A stretch of 64,000 bases of DNA from an uncultured Pseudomonadota bacterium (GTDB taxonomy: Bacteria > Pseudomonadota > Gammaproteobacteria > Natronospirales > REEB76). The notes under the pieces are model-generated. The model did not search any database. It worked only from the letters and a program-made list of their open reading frames with translations, and was not told where the DNA came from. The stretch is from assembly GCA_963817285.1 (NCBI GenBank), contig CAWFOE010000008.1, positions 123,577 to 187,576 of the forward strand, given 5' to 3'. Made by a program: the position numbers and the translations under genes. Position 1 is the first letter of the stretch; each line of letters begins with the position of its first letter. Below, in pieces: positions 52,403-62,231 of this stretch.

Positions 52403-54817
52403 ATGTCCGGACTCATATTTGCGCTCATCGTCATCGCAGCCCTCTGGGCGCTGGCTTATCTCGCGGCCCCCCTCTGGCTGTGGACCGGCACCATCGCCCT
52501 GGCCCTGGTGGCCGAAGGCTGGCGCACCCATGAGGCTCCCCTGCTGGCCTGGGTAGTGTTCTTGGTTCTGGGAACGGCTCTCAACCTGCGTCCGCTGCGC
52601 CGCATGCTCGTCACTGACAACCTCTTAGGTTGGTTCCGTAAAGTGCTGCCACCTATCTCCGAGACCGAACGCATCGCCATCGACGCCGGCAACACCTGGT
52701 GGGATGCGGACCTGTTCACCGGGCGCCCCGACTGGAAGAAGCTCCTGGGCACTCCCGCCCCGACTCTCAGCGATGAAGAGCAGGCGTTCCTGGATGGGCC
52801 AGTAGAAGAGTTCTGCAAATCCCTGGACGACTGGAAGATCACCCACGATCTCAATGACTTGACGCCAGAAGCTTGGGATCTTATCCGCAAACACCGTTTC
52901 TTCGGCATGATCATCCCCAAGCAGTACGGCGGTCATGGCTTCTCCGCACTCGCCCACTCCACGGTGGTGATGAAGATCGGCACTCGCAGCACCAGTGCCG
53001 CCGTGACAGTGATGGTGCCGAACTCCCTCGGCCCCGGCGAGCTCTTGCTGCATTACGGCACCGACGAGCAGAAGAACCATTACCTGCCGCGGCTCGCGCG
53101 CGCCGAGGAGATCCCCTGCTTCGCCCTCACGGGTCCCTATGTGGGTTCGGATGCAGGTGCGCTGCCGGACAACGGCATCGTCTGCAAGGGCGTGTACCAG
53201 GGGAAAGAGACCTTAGGATTCCGCGTCAGCTGGGATAAGCGCTATATCACATTGGCTCCCATCGCCACGGTACTGGGCGTAGCCTTCAAAGCCTATGACC
53301 CGGACCACCTCATGGGTGACAAGGAAGATCTTGGCATCACCCTCGCCCTCATCCCCACGAACCTGCCGGGAGTGGAGATCGGTCCGCGCCACAACCCGCT
53401 GAATTCGGCATTCATGAACGGGCCGACCCGTGGCAAAGACGTGTTCATCCCCTTCGATAGCCTCATCGGCGGTACGCAGTACATCGGCCAGGGCTGGCGC
53501 ATGCTCATGAACTGCCTGTCCGTCGGCCGCGCCATCTCTCTGCCGGCCCTCGGCACCGGTGCTGGCAAACACGCGAGCCGCGTCACCGGCGCTTATGCGC
53601 GAGTGCGCAAGCAGTTCCGGGTGCCTATCGGCAAATTCGAAGGCGTCGAGGAAGCCTTGGCGCGCATCGGGGGTTACACCTATCGCATGGATGCTGCAAG
53701 GCGACTCACGGCAGGCGCTTTGGACCGAGGCGAGAAACCCTCGGTGCTATCTGCCATCCTCAAGTATCACTGCACCGAAGGCATGCGTCTGGTGCTGGGC
53801 GATGCCATGGACGTACACGGCGGCCGCGGCGTGATGATGGGGCCGCGCAACTATCTGGCGCGCGGCTACCAAGCGGTGCCCGTGAGTATCACTGTGGAAG
53901 GCGCGAATATCCTCACTCGCAGCATGATCATCTTCGGCCAGGGCGCGATCCGTGCCCATCCGTATCTCCTGAAGGAGATGGAAGCCGCCTCCAGCGACGA
54001 TCATATCAAGGCGGCAGTGGATTTCGATCGTGCCCTCTTCGCTCACATCGGGTTCACCATCAGCAACGCGGCCCGCTCCTTGTTCCTGGGCCTCACCGGT
54101 GCATTGTTCTCACCCGCGCCCGGCGGCGCGCCCACCCGGCGTTATTACCGGCAGTTATCTCGCATGAGCGCTGCGTTCACTTTCACTGCTGATGTGGGCC
54201 TCCTCATGTTGGGTGGCGAGATGAAGCGCCGCGAGAAGCTCTCCGCGCGCTACGGCGACATGCTGAGCCATCTCTACCTGGCTTCAGCCGTGCTCAAGCA
54301 GTTCGAGGATCAGGGACGCCCCCCGGCGGATATACCGCTGGTGGAATGGGCTTGCCAGGACTCGCTCTATGCCATGCAACAGGCTTTGGAAGGCATCCTG
54401 CGCAACTTCCCCTCCAGGCCCTTCGGCTGGTTGATGCGGCTCCTGGTGCTGCCCCTCGGCAGGCCTTACGCCCCGGCGGATGACCGGCTGGGCCACCAAG
54501 TCGCCAAGCTCTTGCTGGAACCTTCCGACGCACGGGACCGCCTGACACGCCATGCCTTCACCTCCATGGACCCCAAGGATCCGGTGGGCCGCATGGAACA
54601 TGCGCTCAAGCAGACCCTCGCTTCGGAGCCCGTGGAAGACAAGCTGCAGCAGGGTCTCAAGAGACGCCTGACCCCGGCGAATTACTTGAAGCTGGTGGAA
54701 GAAGGCAACGCGAAAGGCGTACTGGACGCGAAGGAAGCTGCTTTCCTGAAAGCGACCTACGCCGTGGTGCGCGATGCCATCGACGTGGACGAGTTCGGGG
54801 ATCTGAGAAGCACCTGA
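52403..54817 (+). CDS. fadE: Large acyl-CoA dehydrogenase, FadE type (N-terminal membrane segment, C-terminal DUF1974-like extension)
   Basis: Intact 804-aa ORF. 'CFALTGPYVGSDAGA', 'GQGWRMLMNCLSVGR', 'ITVEGANILTRS'. Confidence 0.85.
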   Translation: MSGLIFALIVIAALWALAYLAAPLWLWTGTIALALVAEGWRTHEAPLLAWVVFLVLGTALNLRPLRRMLVTDNLLGWFRKVLPPISETERIAIDAGNTWWDADLFTGRPDWKKLLGTPAPTLSDEEQAFLDGPVEEFCKSLDDWKITHDLNDLTPEAWDLIRKHRFFGMIIPKQYGGHGFSALAHSTVVMKIGTRSTSAAVTVMVPNSLGPGELLLHYGTDEQKNHYLPRLARAEEIPCFALTGPYVGSDAGALPDNGIVCKGVYQGKETLGFRVSWDKRYITLAPIATVLGVAFKAYDPDHLMGDKEDLGITLALIPTNLPGVEIGPRHNPLNSAFMNGPTRGKDVFIPFDSLIGGTQYIGQGWRMLMNCLSVGRAISLPALGTGAGKHASRVTGAYARVRKQFRVPIGKFEGVEEALARIGGYTYRMDAARRLTAGALDRGEKPSVLSAILKYHCTEGMRLVLGDAMDVHGGRGVMMGPRNYLARGYQAVPVSITVEGANILTRSMIIFGQGAIRAHPYLLKEMEAASSDDHIKAAVDFDRALFAHIGFTISNAARSLFLGLTGALFSPAPGGAPTRRYYRQLSRMSAAFTFTADVGLLMLGGEMKRREKLSARYGDMLSHLYLASAVLKQFEDQGRPPADIPLVEWACQDSLYAMQQALEGILRNFPSRPFGWLMRLLVLPLGRPYAPADDRLGHQVAKLLLEPSDARDRLTRHAFTSMDPKDPVGRMEHALKQTLASEPVEDKLQQGLKRRLTPANYLKLVEEGNAKGVLDAKEAAFLKATYAVVRDAIDVDEFGDLRST

Positions 54818-54841
54818 AGGACTCGGGCAGACCGAACGAAG

Positions 54842-54867
54842 AAGCCCCGGTCTTCCGGGGCTTTTTT
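54842..54867. terminator. Bidirectional intrinsic terminator between fadE and the first GGDEF-EAL gene
   Basis: aagccccgg / ccggggctt stem with loop tctt and a T-run. A-rich on the other side. Confidence 0.75.
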
Positions 54868-57409
54868 ATATCTCGAGATCAGGCGTGCCGCGCAAAAGTT
54901 TGTCGCATTCAGCTGCCGGCAAAGGCTGGCTGAACAGGAAACCCTGCATCAAATGGCAGCCTTCTGCCATGAGCTGCTGCATCTGGCCGATGGTCTCGAC
55001 ACCTTCCGCGATCACGCGGAACTTAAGCCGGTCGGCCAGCGTCAGGATCACGCGGGCGATGGCCGCGTCATATTCGCTGGTAGCGATGCCCTGCACGAAA
55101 GCGCGATCGATCTTGATCACGTCCACCGGCAGATGCTTGATATACATGAGAGACGAATGGCCGGTGCCGAAATCGTCCAGCGCGATGCGCACACCCAGGG
55201 ACTTGAGGTCTTCCAAGATGCGGATACTGGCCTTCACGTCCTGCATGATCAGGCTCTCGGTGATCTCGAACTGCAATGCGGAGGGTGGCAAGCCGGAAGC
55301 CATGAGCGCGTCTTCCACCACTCGCCTCAGGTTCTGCATGGTGAACTGCCGCACCGAGAGGTTCACCGCTACGTGCAGGCGGCGACCGCGAGAACTCTTG
55401 TACCAGATGCCCACCTGACGGCAAGCTTCTTCCAACACCCATTGTCCTAAAGGAACGATCAGTCCAGTCTCTTCGGCGAGATGGATGAACTCTCCCGGCG
55501 GCACCAGGCCCACTTGCGGATCCTGCCACCGAACGAGAGCTTCCACGCCCACGATGCCGCCTTCCCGGGTGTCGAACTGCGGCTGGTAATGCAACACCAT
55601 CTCATTGTTCCTGAGAGCGCGGCGCAGGGCGTTCTCACTGGACAAGCGCTTCATCGCCTTGGTGTGCATGTCCTGGGTGAAGAACTGATAATTGTTGCGG
55701 CCGCGTTCCTTGGCCTTATACATGGCGCTATCGGCGTTCTGCAGCAGCGCCTGCACCGTGGAACCATCCGCGGGATACATGCTTACCCCGATGCTGGCGC
55801 CGAGGTTCACCTCGGTACCTTCCAGCAAGATGGGCTCAGCCAGAGAAGACAATATCCGCTCGCAAGTCAGCGGCACCGCTTGCTGTTCGGTGCAGTCTTC
55901 CACGATCACCGTGAACTCGTCTCCGCCGAGTCGGGCCACCGTATCCGAAGTGCGTACGCATTCCAGCAAACGCTGTCCGATCTGATAGAGCAGTTGGTCG
56001 CCGACGTTGTGGCCCAGAGAATCGTTCACGCTCTTGAACCGATCGACATCTATGAATAGCAACGCCAGCGGATGCCGCGAACGGCGTGCCCGCGCCAGGG
56101 ATTGCTCCATACGATCCATGAACAGAGTGCGGTTAGGCAGACCGGTCAGGTGATCGTAGTTCGCCAACCGACGCATCTCTTCCTCGGCCTGCTTGCGATC
56201 CGCGGCAGAGAGTGCGAGAGCCATGAAATCCGCCAGCGCGCTGGCGTAGTTGATCTCTTCGGCGGTCCAATGTCGGGTGTTCCCTGCCCACTCGTGGAAC
56301 ACCACGCCGCGGACCTTGTAGCCATGGCGGAAAGGCACCACCAGGGTGGCATTCACGTCCCGCTGCTTGAAGTAGTAATGCCAGACTTTAGCCAAGCGCA
56401 CATCGCGACGGATGTCTGAGATCGGCACCGCACGACTCTGCTGCAACTCTTCGAAGAGCTCGGGGCACTCGTCTTTCTCGATGTTCGCGCGGGACTGGGT
56501 GGAATGTTCGCCGTGATCGAAGGTATGCACACAGCGCATGGCCGTGCCGATGGAGTTCATCAGCCAGATGCTGATGCGTCCGCACTGGGTGGCCTGGGTG
56601 GAACGAGCGCTGATCACTTCGAAAGCGGCGCGCAGGTCGCCGGTGGAGATGCTGGGATCGCGGGTCAGTTCGTAGAGTTGTGAATCCTTGTGGCGCGTGC
56701 GCTCCTCTTCGCGCTTAAGGCGCGTCTCGAGACGGGTGCGCTGGTTGGCTTCGTTGTCCAGTTCTTCGGCCATGCCCTCGTAAGAAAGCTTGAGCCTCAA
56801 CCTGTCGGCGATGTCTTCCTGTTGGGTCCTGGCGATGAGGCAGAGGGTGACCACTACCACAGCGCTGACCAGCGCCACCAAGAGACCAGATATGCCTGGC
56901 TCCAGCGCGAGCCGGAGATCGATGGGCACGAACAGGATCACGAGATAGATAGCGTAGAAAGACACGCTGCCGGCCAGCATCATGGAGGGCAGCGCACCCA
57001 TGGCCACCAGCAAGACCAGGAGCGTCACCTGGTTCTCCATGGAGCCCGGATGGAACATGAACCATCCGGCAGTGCCCCATACGATGCCCATCACGAAGGT
57101 GAGCACCAGGAAGACTTTCTGCCAGCGGCTCGCGCTCGTGAGCGAGACGATCTCACCTTCCGATGAGCGCCAACTGAGCCAGATGCGCACCACGCTCACG
57201 AGGGCCATGCACACGAGCCACGCGCCCATGGCGAGATGGTTGATCTCCGGCCAGAACGCAGCCGCGGCCAAACCGGCTGCGCAGATCACTGCGAAGTCGG
57301 TCCAACGTCCAAATTTGCGCAAGGCATTGACCCGCGCCAGCTGCACATGCTGGTCGAAGGAAATGACCTTCTTTACCGGATTTTCAGCGACCATCCCGTG
57401 CTGCCTCAC
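54866..57409 (-). CDS. Membrane-bound GAF-GGDEF-EAL protein (c-di-GMP synthase/phosphodiesterase), paralogue 1
   Basis: Intact 847-aa ORF with an N-terminal region of about 6 TM helices. 'RLGGDEFTVIVEDC', 'EALVRWQDP', 'DDFGTGHSSL', 'KIDRAFV', 'AEGVET'. Confidence 0.88.
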   Translation of the reverse strand: MRQHGMVAENPVKKVISFDQHVQLARVNALRKFGRWTDFAVICAAGLAAAAFWPEINHLAMGAWLVCMALVSVVRIWLSWRSSEGEIVSLTSASRWQKVFLVLTFVMGIVWGTAGWFMFHPGSMENQVTLLVLLVAMGALPSMMLAGSVSFYAIYLVILFVPIDLRLALEPGISGLLVALVSAVVVVTLCLIARTQQEDIADRLRLKLSYEGMAEELDNEANQRTRLETRLKREEERTRHKDSQLYELTRDPSISTGDLRAAFEVISARSTQATQCGRISIWLMNSIGTAMRCVHTFDHGEHSTQSRANIEKDECPELFEELQQSRAVPISDIRRDVRLAKVWHYYFKQRDVNATLVVPFRHGYKVRGVVFHEWAGNTRHWTAEEINYASALADFMALALSAADRKQAEEEMRRLANYDHLTGLPNRTLFMDRMEQSLARARRSRHPLALLFIDVDRFKSVNDSLGHNVGDQLLYQIGQRLLECVRTSDTVARLGGDEFTVIVEDCTEQQAVPLTCERILSSLAEPILLEGTEVNLGASIGVSMYPADGSTVQALLQNADSAMYKAKERGRNNYQFFTQDMHTKAMKRLSSENALRRALRNNEMVLHYQPQFDTREGGIVGVEALVRWQDPQVGLVPPGEFIHLAEETGLIVPLGQWVLEEACRQVGIWYKSSRGRRLHVAVNLSVRQFTMQNLRRVVEDALMASGLPPSALQFEITESLIMQDVKASIRILEDLKSLGVRIALDDFGTGHSSLMYIKHLPVDVIKIDRAFVQGIATSEYDAAIARVILTLADRLKFRVIAEGVETIGQMQQLMAEGCHLMQGFLFSQPLPAAECDKLLRGTPDLEI

Positions 57410-57527
57410 CCCTGAAGCTTGCTAGATGCACTCCCCCCTACAATAGACGGGTTTGGGCACATAACGCATTTGCATTATGTTATATCACAATCAAAAGTAT
57501 TTGGCAGTTAATAGTTTCGCATACAAA

Positions 57528-60062
57528 CTAAATGGCCAAATCGGGGATTCCGCGCAAGAGCCGATCGCATTCTTCCTCGGCTAAAGGCGGGCTGAACAGA
57601 TAGCCCTGCATGATGTGACAGCCCTGGGCCCGCAAGGTCTCCATCTGGCTCACGGTCTCCACCCCTTCTGCGATCACCTCGAGTTTCAGGCTCTCGCCCA
57701 GGGAGATGATCGAATGGGCGATGGCCGTGTCGTACTGGCTCTTATGTATCACGTCCACGAACTCGCGGTCGATCTTGAGCACGTCTACCGGCAGGCGCTT
57801 CAGGTAGAGCAACGAGGAATGGCCGGTGCCGAAATCATCGAGGGCGATGCGCACGCCTAGCCCTTTGAGCTGCTCCAGCACACCGATGTTGGTCTCCACC
57901 TCCTGCATGATGAGGCTCTCGGTGATCTCGAGCTGCAAGGCCGAGGGTGGCAGACCGGAATCCCGTAAGGCCGCTCCCACGACCTCTACCAGGTTCTTCA
58001 TGCCGAACTGCCGCACGGAGAGGTTCACAGCGATGTGGAAGGGTCCCCCTCTCGCCGCTTCGTACCAGGGCTTGGCGCGACGACAGGCCTCCTCCAGCAC
58101 CCACTGGCCTAAGGGCACGATGAGCCCGGTCTCTTCGGCCAGGGGAATGAACTCGCCCGGCCATATCATGCCGAGCTCCGGATCCTGCCAGCGCACCAGC
58201 GCTTCGAGTCCGATGATGCCGCCGCTCTTCACATCGAACTGCGGCTGGTAGTGCAGCACCATCTCGGTGCGTTGCAGGGCCTTGCGCAGAGCATTCTCCC
58301 GGGACAGGTGCAGCATGGCCCGCACATGCATGTCCTGGGTGAAGAACTGGTAATTGTTGCGGCCGCGCTCCTTTGCCTTGTACATGGCACTGTCAGCATT
58401 CTGCAAGAGCAGATCGCCGTCTGCCCCATCGTTGGGGAAGAGGCTGATGCCGATACTGCAAGTGAGGTTAACGTCGGTCTGCCCGAGCGAGATAGGCTCG
58501 ACTGTCGCCTTCAGGATGCGCTCGCAGGCCAGGGTCACGAACTCGGCGTCCTGGCAATTCTCGAGGATCACTGTGAACTCATCGCCACCAAGGCGAGCCA
58601 CCGTGTCGGAAGCACGCACACAGGCCAAGAGACGCTTGCCGATGGCCCGCAGTACCAGGTCGCCCGCATGGTGCCCCAGGGAATCATTGATGCTCTTGAA
58701 GCGGTCCACGTCGATGAACAAAAGTGCCACCCGCTGATGCGAGCGTCGTGCTTTGGCGAGAGCTTGGGCCAGCCGGTCCATGAAAAGGGAGCGGTTGGGT
58801 AAGCCCGTGAGGCGGTCATAGTTCGCCATCTCCCGAAGCTTGTCTTCCGCTTCCCGCCGATCGTTGGCGGTGATGGCGAGCGCCACGAAATCCGCCAGAG
58901 AACTGGCGAAACTCGCCTCATCCCGTGTCCATTCTCGGGGTCCACCCTGGTATTCATGGGTGATCACCCCACGCACCTTGTTGCCCTGGCGGAAAGGCGC
59001 CACCAGCACGGCCGTGACGCCATTGGATTTCAGATAGTCCGCCCGCAACTCCCCTATGCGCTCATCCCCGGCCACATCGCTGATGGCATAGGTGCGCGTC
59101 TCTTGGATAGCCTCGAACAGGGCGGGACTGCGACGCCGATCCAGCATCAGCCCGCCACCGTTGGCATGTTGCCCGTTCTGGAAGACATGGGCGCAGCGCA
59201 AGGTGGATCCGGTATCGTCCAGGAACCATACCGCGACCCGCTTGCAATGCATGGCGAGGGCGGCCTTGTCCGCGATCACCGTGAGCGCACCCTTGATGTC
59301 GCCGCCGGAGACACTGGATTCCCGTGCCAAGTCCAACAGCGATTGGCTCTGGCGCCGCATGCGCTCCTCGCCTTCCCGCAGCTTCGTCTCCACCTTGGTT
59401 CGCTCGGAGACCTGGCCCGTCAGTTCTTCCACGATGGAAGCATAAGAGAACCGCAGGTTCAGCCCTTCCAGGACACGGCCATTGGCAAGCTTCGCCACAC
59501 CAGAGAAAAGTCCGGCTGCTGACAACAGTAGGAAGGCTGAGCCGAGCCCCGGATCACCACCATAGATACTGAGACGCAAGGTCGCCGGCAAGAAAGCGAG
59601 AGCGAGGAAAGACAGATAATGCAGCAGGCTGGCGCTCAAGAGCGGCATGGCGGCGGCGGCCACGGTGGTCAGCAGCATGGCGGGTATGAGCGCACCAGCC
59701 CAGTCATCTGTGTGGACCAGCAGTACCCCACTGAGGCCCCAGCCCAGGCCGAGGACGGACGTAGATACGAGCATCGCCCGTTGCCAGGGGAGAGACTGCT
59801 CCACCTGGATAGTCTGCTGTCTGAAGAAGTAGCCCAGGCCACCGCGGAAGAGGCTCCCTACCCCTAAGAAGACCGCCGCCGAGGTCAGAAGTGCCTGGGT
59901 TTCGGTCCCATGGGCGATCCAGGCCAGCAGACCGGCTGCTATGAAGCTCGGCCAGTCTGCGCCCCAGCCAAAGCGATACAAGAGGTTGGTCTGCTCGGCC
60001 CTGACCTGCCGTGCGACCTCCTCGTTATGTATCTCCGGGCAGACCGCTGTTGTTATGGGCAC
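57528..60062 (-). CDS. Membrane-bound GAF-GGDEF-EAL protein, paralogue 2 (tandem duplicate of 54866..57409)
   Basis: Intact 844-aa ORF with the same architecture. 'RLGGDEFTVILENC', 'EALVRWQDP', 'DDFGTGHSSL', 'KIDREFV', 'AEGVET'. Shares long identical peptides with paralogue 1 ('LLQNADSAMYKAKERGRNNYQFFTQDMH', 'AEETGLIVPLGQWVLEEACR'). Confidence 0.88.
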   Translation of the reverse strand: MPITTAVCPEIHNEEVARQVRAEQTNLLYRFGWGADWPSFIAAGLLAWIAHGTETQALLTSAAVFLGVGSLFRGGLGYFFRQQTIQVEQSLPWQRAMLVSTSVLGLGWGLSGVLLVHTDDWAGALIPAMLLTTVAAAAMPLLSASLLHYLSFLALAFLPATLRLSIYGGDPGLGSAFLLLSAAGLFSGVAKLANGRVLEGLNLRFSYASIVEELTGQVSERTKVETKLREGEERMRRQSQSLLDLARESSVSGGDIKGALTVIADKAALAMHCKRVAVWFLDDTGSTLRCAHVFQNGQHANGGGLMLDRRRSPALFEAIQETRTYAISDVAGDERIGELRADYLKSNGVTAVLVAPFRQGNKVRGVITHEYQGGPREWTRDEASFASSLADFVALAITANDRREAEDKLREMANYDRLTGLPNRSLFMDRLAQALAKARRSHQRVALLFIDVDRFKSINDSLGHHAGDLVLRAIGKRLLACVRASDTVARLGGDEFTVILENCQDAEFVTLACERILKATVEPISLGQTDVNLTCSIGISLFPNDGADGDLLLQNADSAMYKAKERGRNNYQFFTQDMHVRAMLHLSRENALRKALQRTEMVLHYQPQFDVKSGGIIGLEALVRWQDPELGMIWPGEFIPLAEETGLIVPLGQWVLEEACRRAKPWYEAARGGPFHIAVNLSVRQFGMKNLVEVVGAALRDSGLPPSALQLEITESLIMQEVETNIGVLEQLKGLGVRIALDDFGTGHSSLLYLKRLPVDVLKIDREFVDVIHKSQYDTAIAHSIISLGESLKLEVIAEGVETVSQMETLRAQGCHIMQGYLFSPPLAEEECDRLLRGIPDLAI

Positions 60063-60322
60063 GCTCAGGATCTCTGCATGCGTTATGGAATCCAGGCCCC
60101 CAGGGCCTGCTCAGGAAACGGGCCTCGATGGCCTGCGAACCTGACCCCTCTCAATATGAGGATACTAGTTAACTTAAAATAAGTATGCCAGCGGCTGAAT
60201 TTTGCCCTTCCGGACATAAAATGAGTGCTCGATTTCGCCTGCGAAACTCATAGTCGACGCAGCTGCGAAGACCCCGTTGGCTGAAGCGGGTGTCCATCCA
60301 CGTGAGATCTCGGAGAGCATGC

Positions 60323-62185
60323 ATGTCGTTCCAGCATCTATCCTCACGCTTGCTCCGGACTTGCGCTTTGATTCTTATCGCGTCTCTCTATGCATGCGGT
60401 GGCTCCGATTCTGGCACCGTGGCCCTGCCCACGGACTGCACTAACCCCTCCATTTCTGATGTTAAGGGTTGCGCCTACGTTGCCCTGACTGATGCTCCGG
60501 GTGACTTCCTGTCATACACGGTCGATGTCACTGCGCTCACCTTGACCCGTAGCGATGGCACTGTCGTCAATCTATTGCCGAACGCCACACGGGTGGATTT
60601 CGCCCAATACAATGACCTTAACGAGTTCCTCACCCTCACGGCTATGCCGATCGGCATCTATAGTAGCGGCAGCATCACCCTCGATTACACCGATGCGGAT
60701 ATCGAAGTCGCGGACAGCGCTGGCGATGCCCACCAAGTCATGCCGGTAAATGCGAACGGGGACCCTATCACCACCATCACCCTCGCGATAAATCTGGACA
60801 GCCAGGGCACACTCGCACTTGCTCCGGGTATACCGCAGGTCTACCAGGTTGGCTTCGATCTTGATGCATCCAATGTTGTGAACCTAACCAATTTCACCGT
60901 CACCGTGCAGCCATTCCTCATCGCGAACGCGAACCCAGATCTGGATGACCAGGTGCAAGTGCGCGGACCGCTGGCGACCATCGATAATGTAGCCGATAGC
61001 TTCACACTAGAGCTGCAACCCTTCTATGCCACCACTGGTGATTATGGCAACTTGAGCGTTTTAACTAAGAACGACACTGTCTACAACATCAACCAGACTG
61101 CCTATTCAGGCAATAGAGGGTTCGCGGCTCTGGCGGCTGCCGGCGCTACTACGCCAGTGATCGTAAAGGGTACGTTCAATTACAACGCCGATGAGTTTAT
61201 AGCTACGGAAGTGGATGCGGGCTCCAGCGTGCCTGGCGGCACCCTGGATATGGCTGAAGGCGTCGTATTGAGCCGCAGTGGCAACAGCCTGGTGCTGCGC
61301 GGCACGACTTTGTACCGCGCTGGTCAGACTGCAGTGTTCCGGGACAAGGTCACCGTCACCCTGGGTAGCGGTACTAAAGTGCACGAAGCCGGTTCCTCTT
61401 TGAACAGTTTAGACATCGGCGCCATCTCGGTAGGGCAGCGCCTGCTAGTGTTCGGCAATCTTACGAATACCGATCCTTCGAGTCTGGTTCTGGATGCCAG
61501 CAGCGGCTTCGCGCGGCTGGACTACACCCGATCTGATGGGTATGTGCAGACTGCTCCCACTAGCAGTGGCGGCAATGTCTCCATGGCAGTCAACCTGCAG
61601 TTCATCGAGAGCCGGCCAGTGAGCATGTTCAACTTCGCAGGCGCCAGCACGACTGTCACCGATCCTACGAACTATGTGGTCGCGATGCCACGCCTGTTGA
61701 GTAGTATCGCCGTGAACGATCCAGTCCGCGTATGGGGCTTCACCACTCCGTTCGGCACTGCGCCACCAGATTTCACTGCGACCTCTGTAGCCGATTATGT
61801 CGATGCTGACAGTCGTCTCGTGATGGTTTGGCCCAGCCCAGGGACATCGAACGCCTTCCTTGCCTTGGCGACCGCCAACGGCATCATTCCTAGTCTTACG
61901 AGCTCGCCCGCTCCGCTGCTTTTCGGTCTCAGGCAGGGCGGCATTTTCACACCGATATCGATCTCGGGCACCCTAAGCAACCCCACCGTTCAGGCGAGCC
62001 TTGGCGTCTTCGCCATAGAGCAAGGCGGTACGGTGCAGTTGCACCTGACCTTCGCTGATTTCGTCTCGGACCTGAACGCACGGCTTAATGCGGGAGGCAA
62101 GTTGAGTGGCTTCTTCGCTCGCGGAGGTTTCGCGAGCGGCACCCAGATCCTGACGGCGACGGAGATCGAGGCGATAATCCAGTAA
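60323..62185 (+). CDS. Large lipoprotein with an N-terminal DUF4382-like domain and repeated beta-rich modules
   Basis: Start at ATG 60323, 'MSFQHLSSRLLRTCALILIASLYACGG' (lipobox). 'YVALTDAPGDFLSYTVDVTALTL...VDFAQY' is DUF4382-like. Recurrent 'V(Q/I/R)V(R/K/W)G' modules follow. GC is visibly lower than in the flanks. Confidence 0.6.
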   Translation: MSFQHLSSRLLRTCALILIASLYACGGSDSGTVALPTDCTNPSISDVKGCAYVALTDAPGDFLSYTVDVTALTLTRSDGTVVNLLPNATRVDFAQYNDLNEFLTLTAMPIGIYSSGSITLDYTDADIEVADSAGDAHQVMPVNANGDPITTITLAINLDSQGTLALAPGIPQVYQVGFDLDASNVVNLTNFTVTVQPFLIANANPDLDDQVQVRGPLATIDNVADSFTLELQPFYATTGDYGNLSVLTKNDTVYNINQTAYSGNRGFAALAAAGATTPVIVKGTFNYNADEFIATEVDAGSSVPGGTLDMAEGVVLSRSGNSLVLRGTTLYRAGQTAVFRDKVTVTLGSGTKVHEAGSSLNSLDIGAISVGQRLLVFGNLTNTDPSSLVLDASSGFARLDYTRSDGYVQTAPTSSGGNVSMAVNLQFIESRPVSMFNFAGASTTVTDPTNYVVAMPRLLSSIAVNDPVRVWGFTTPFGTAPPDFTATSVADYVDADSRLVMVWPSPGTSNAFLALATANGIIPSLTSSPAPLLFGLRQGGIFTPISISGTLSNPTVQASLGVFAIEQGGTVQLHLTFADFVSDLNARLNAGGKLSGFFARGGFASGTQILTATEIEAIIQ

Positions 62186-62231
62186 GATCCGAAGGATATG
62201 CCGGACGAAATGCCTGCGTGAACGGGCCGTT

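Noticed and set aside
57410-57527. AT-rich spacer between the tandem GGDEF-EAL genes with a short dyad (ACATAA-N10-TTATGT) as a possible mobile-element scar or operator
   Set aside because: Only 6-bp arms are present, with no terminal repeats or target duplications. It is most simply a promoter region for the downstream paralogue.
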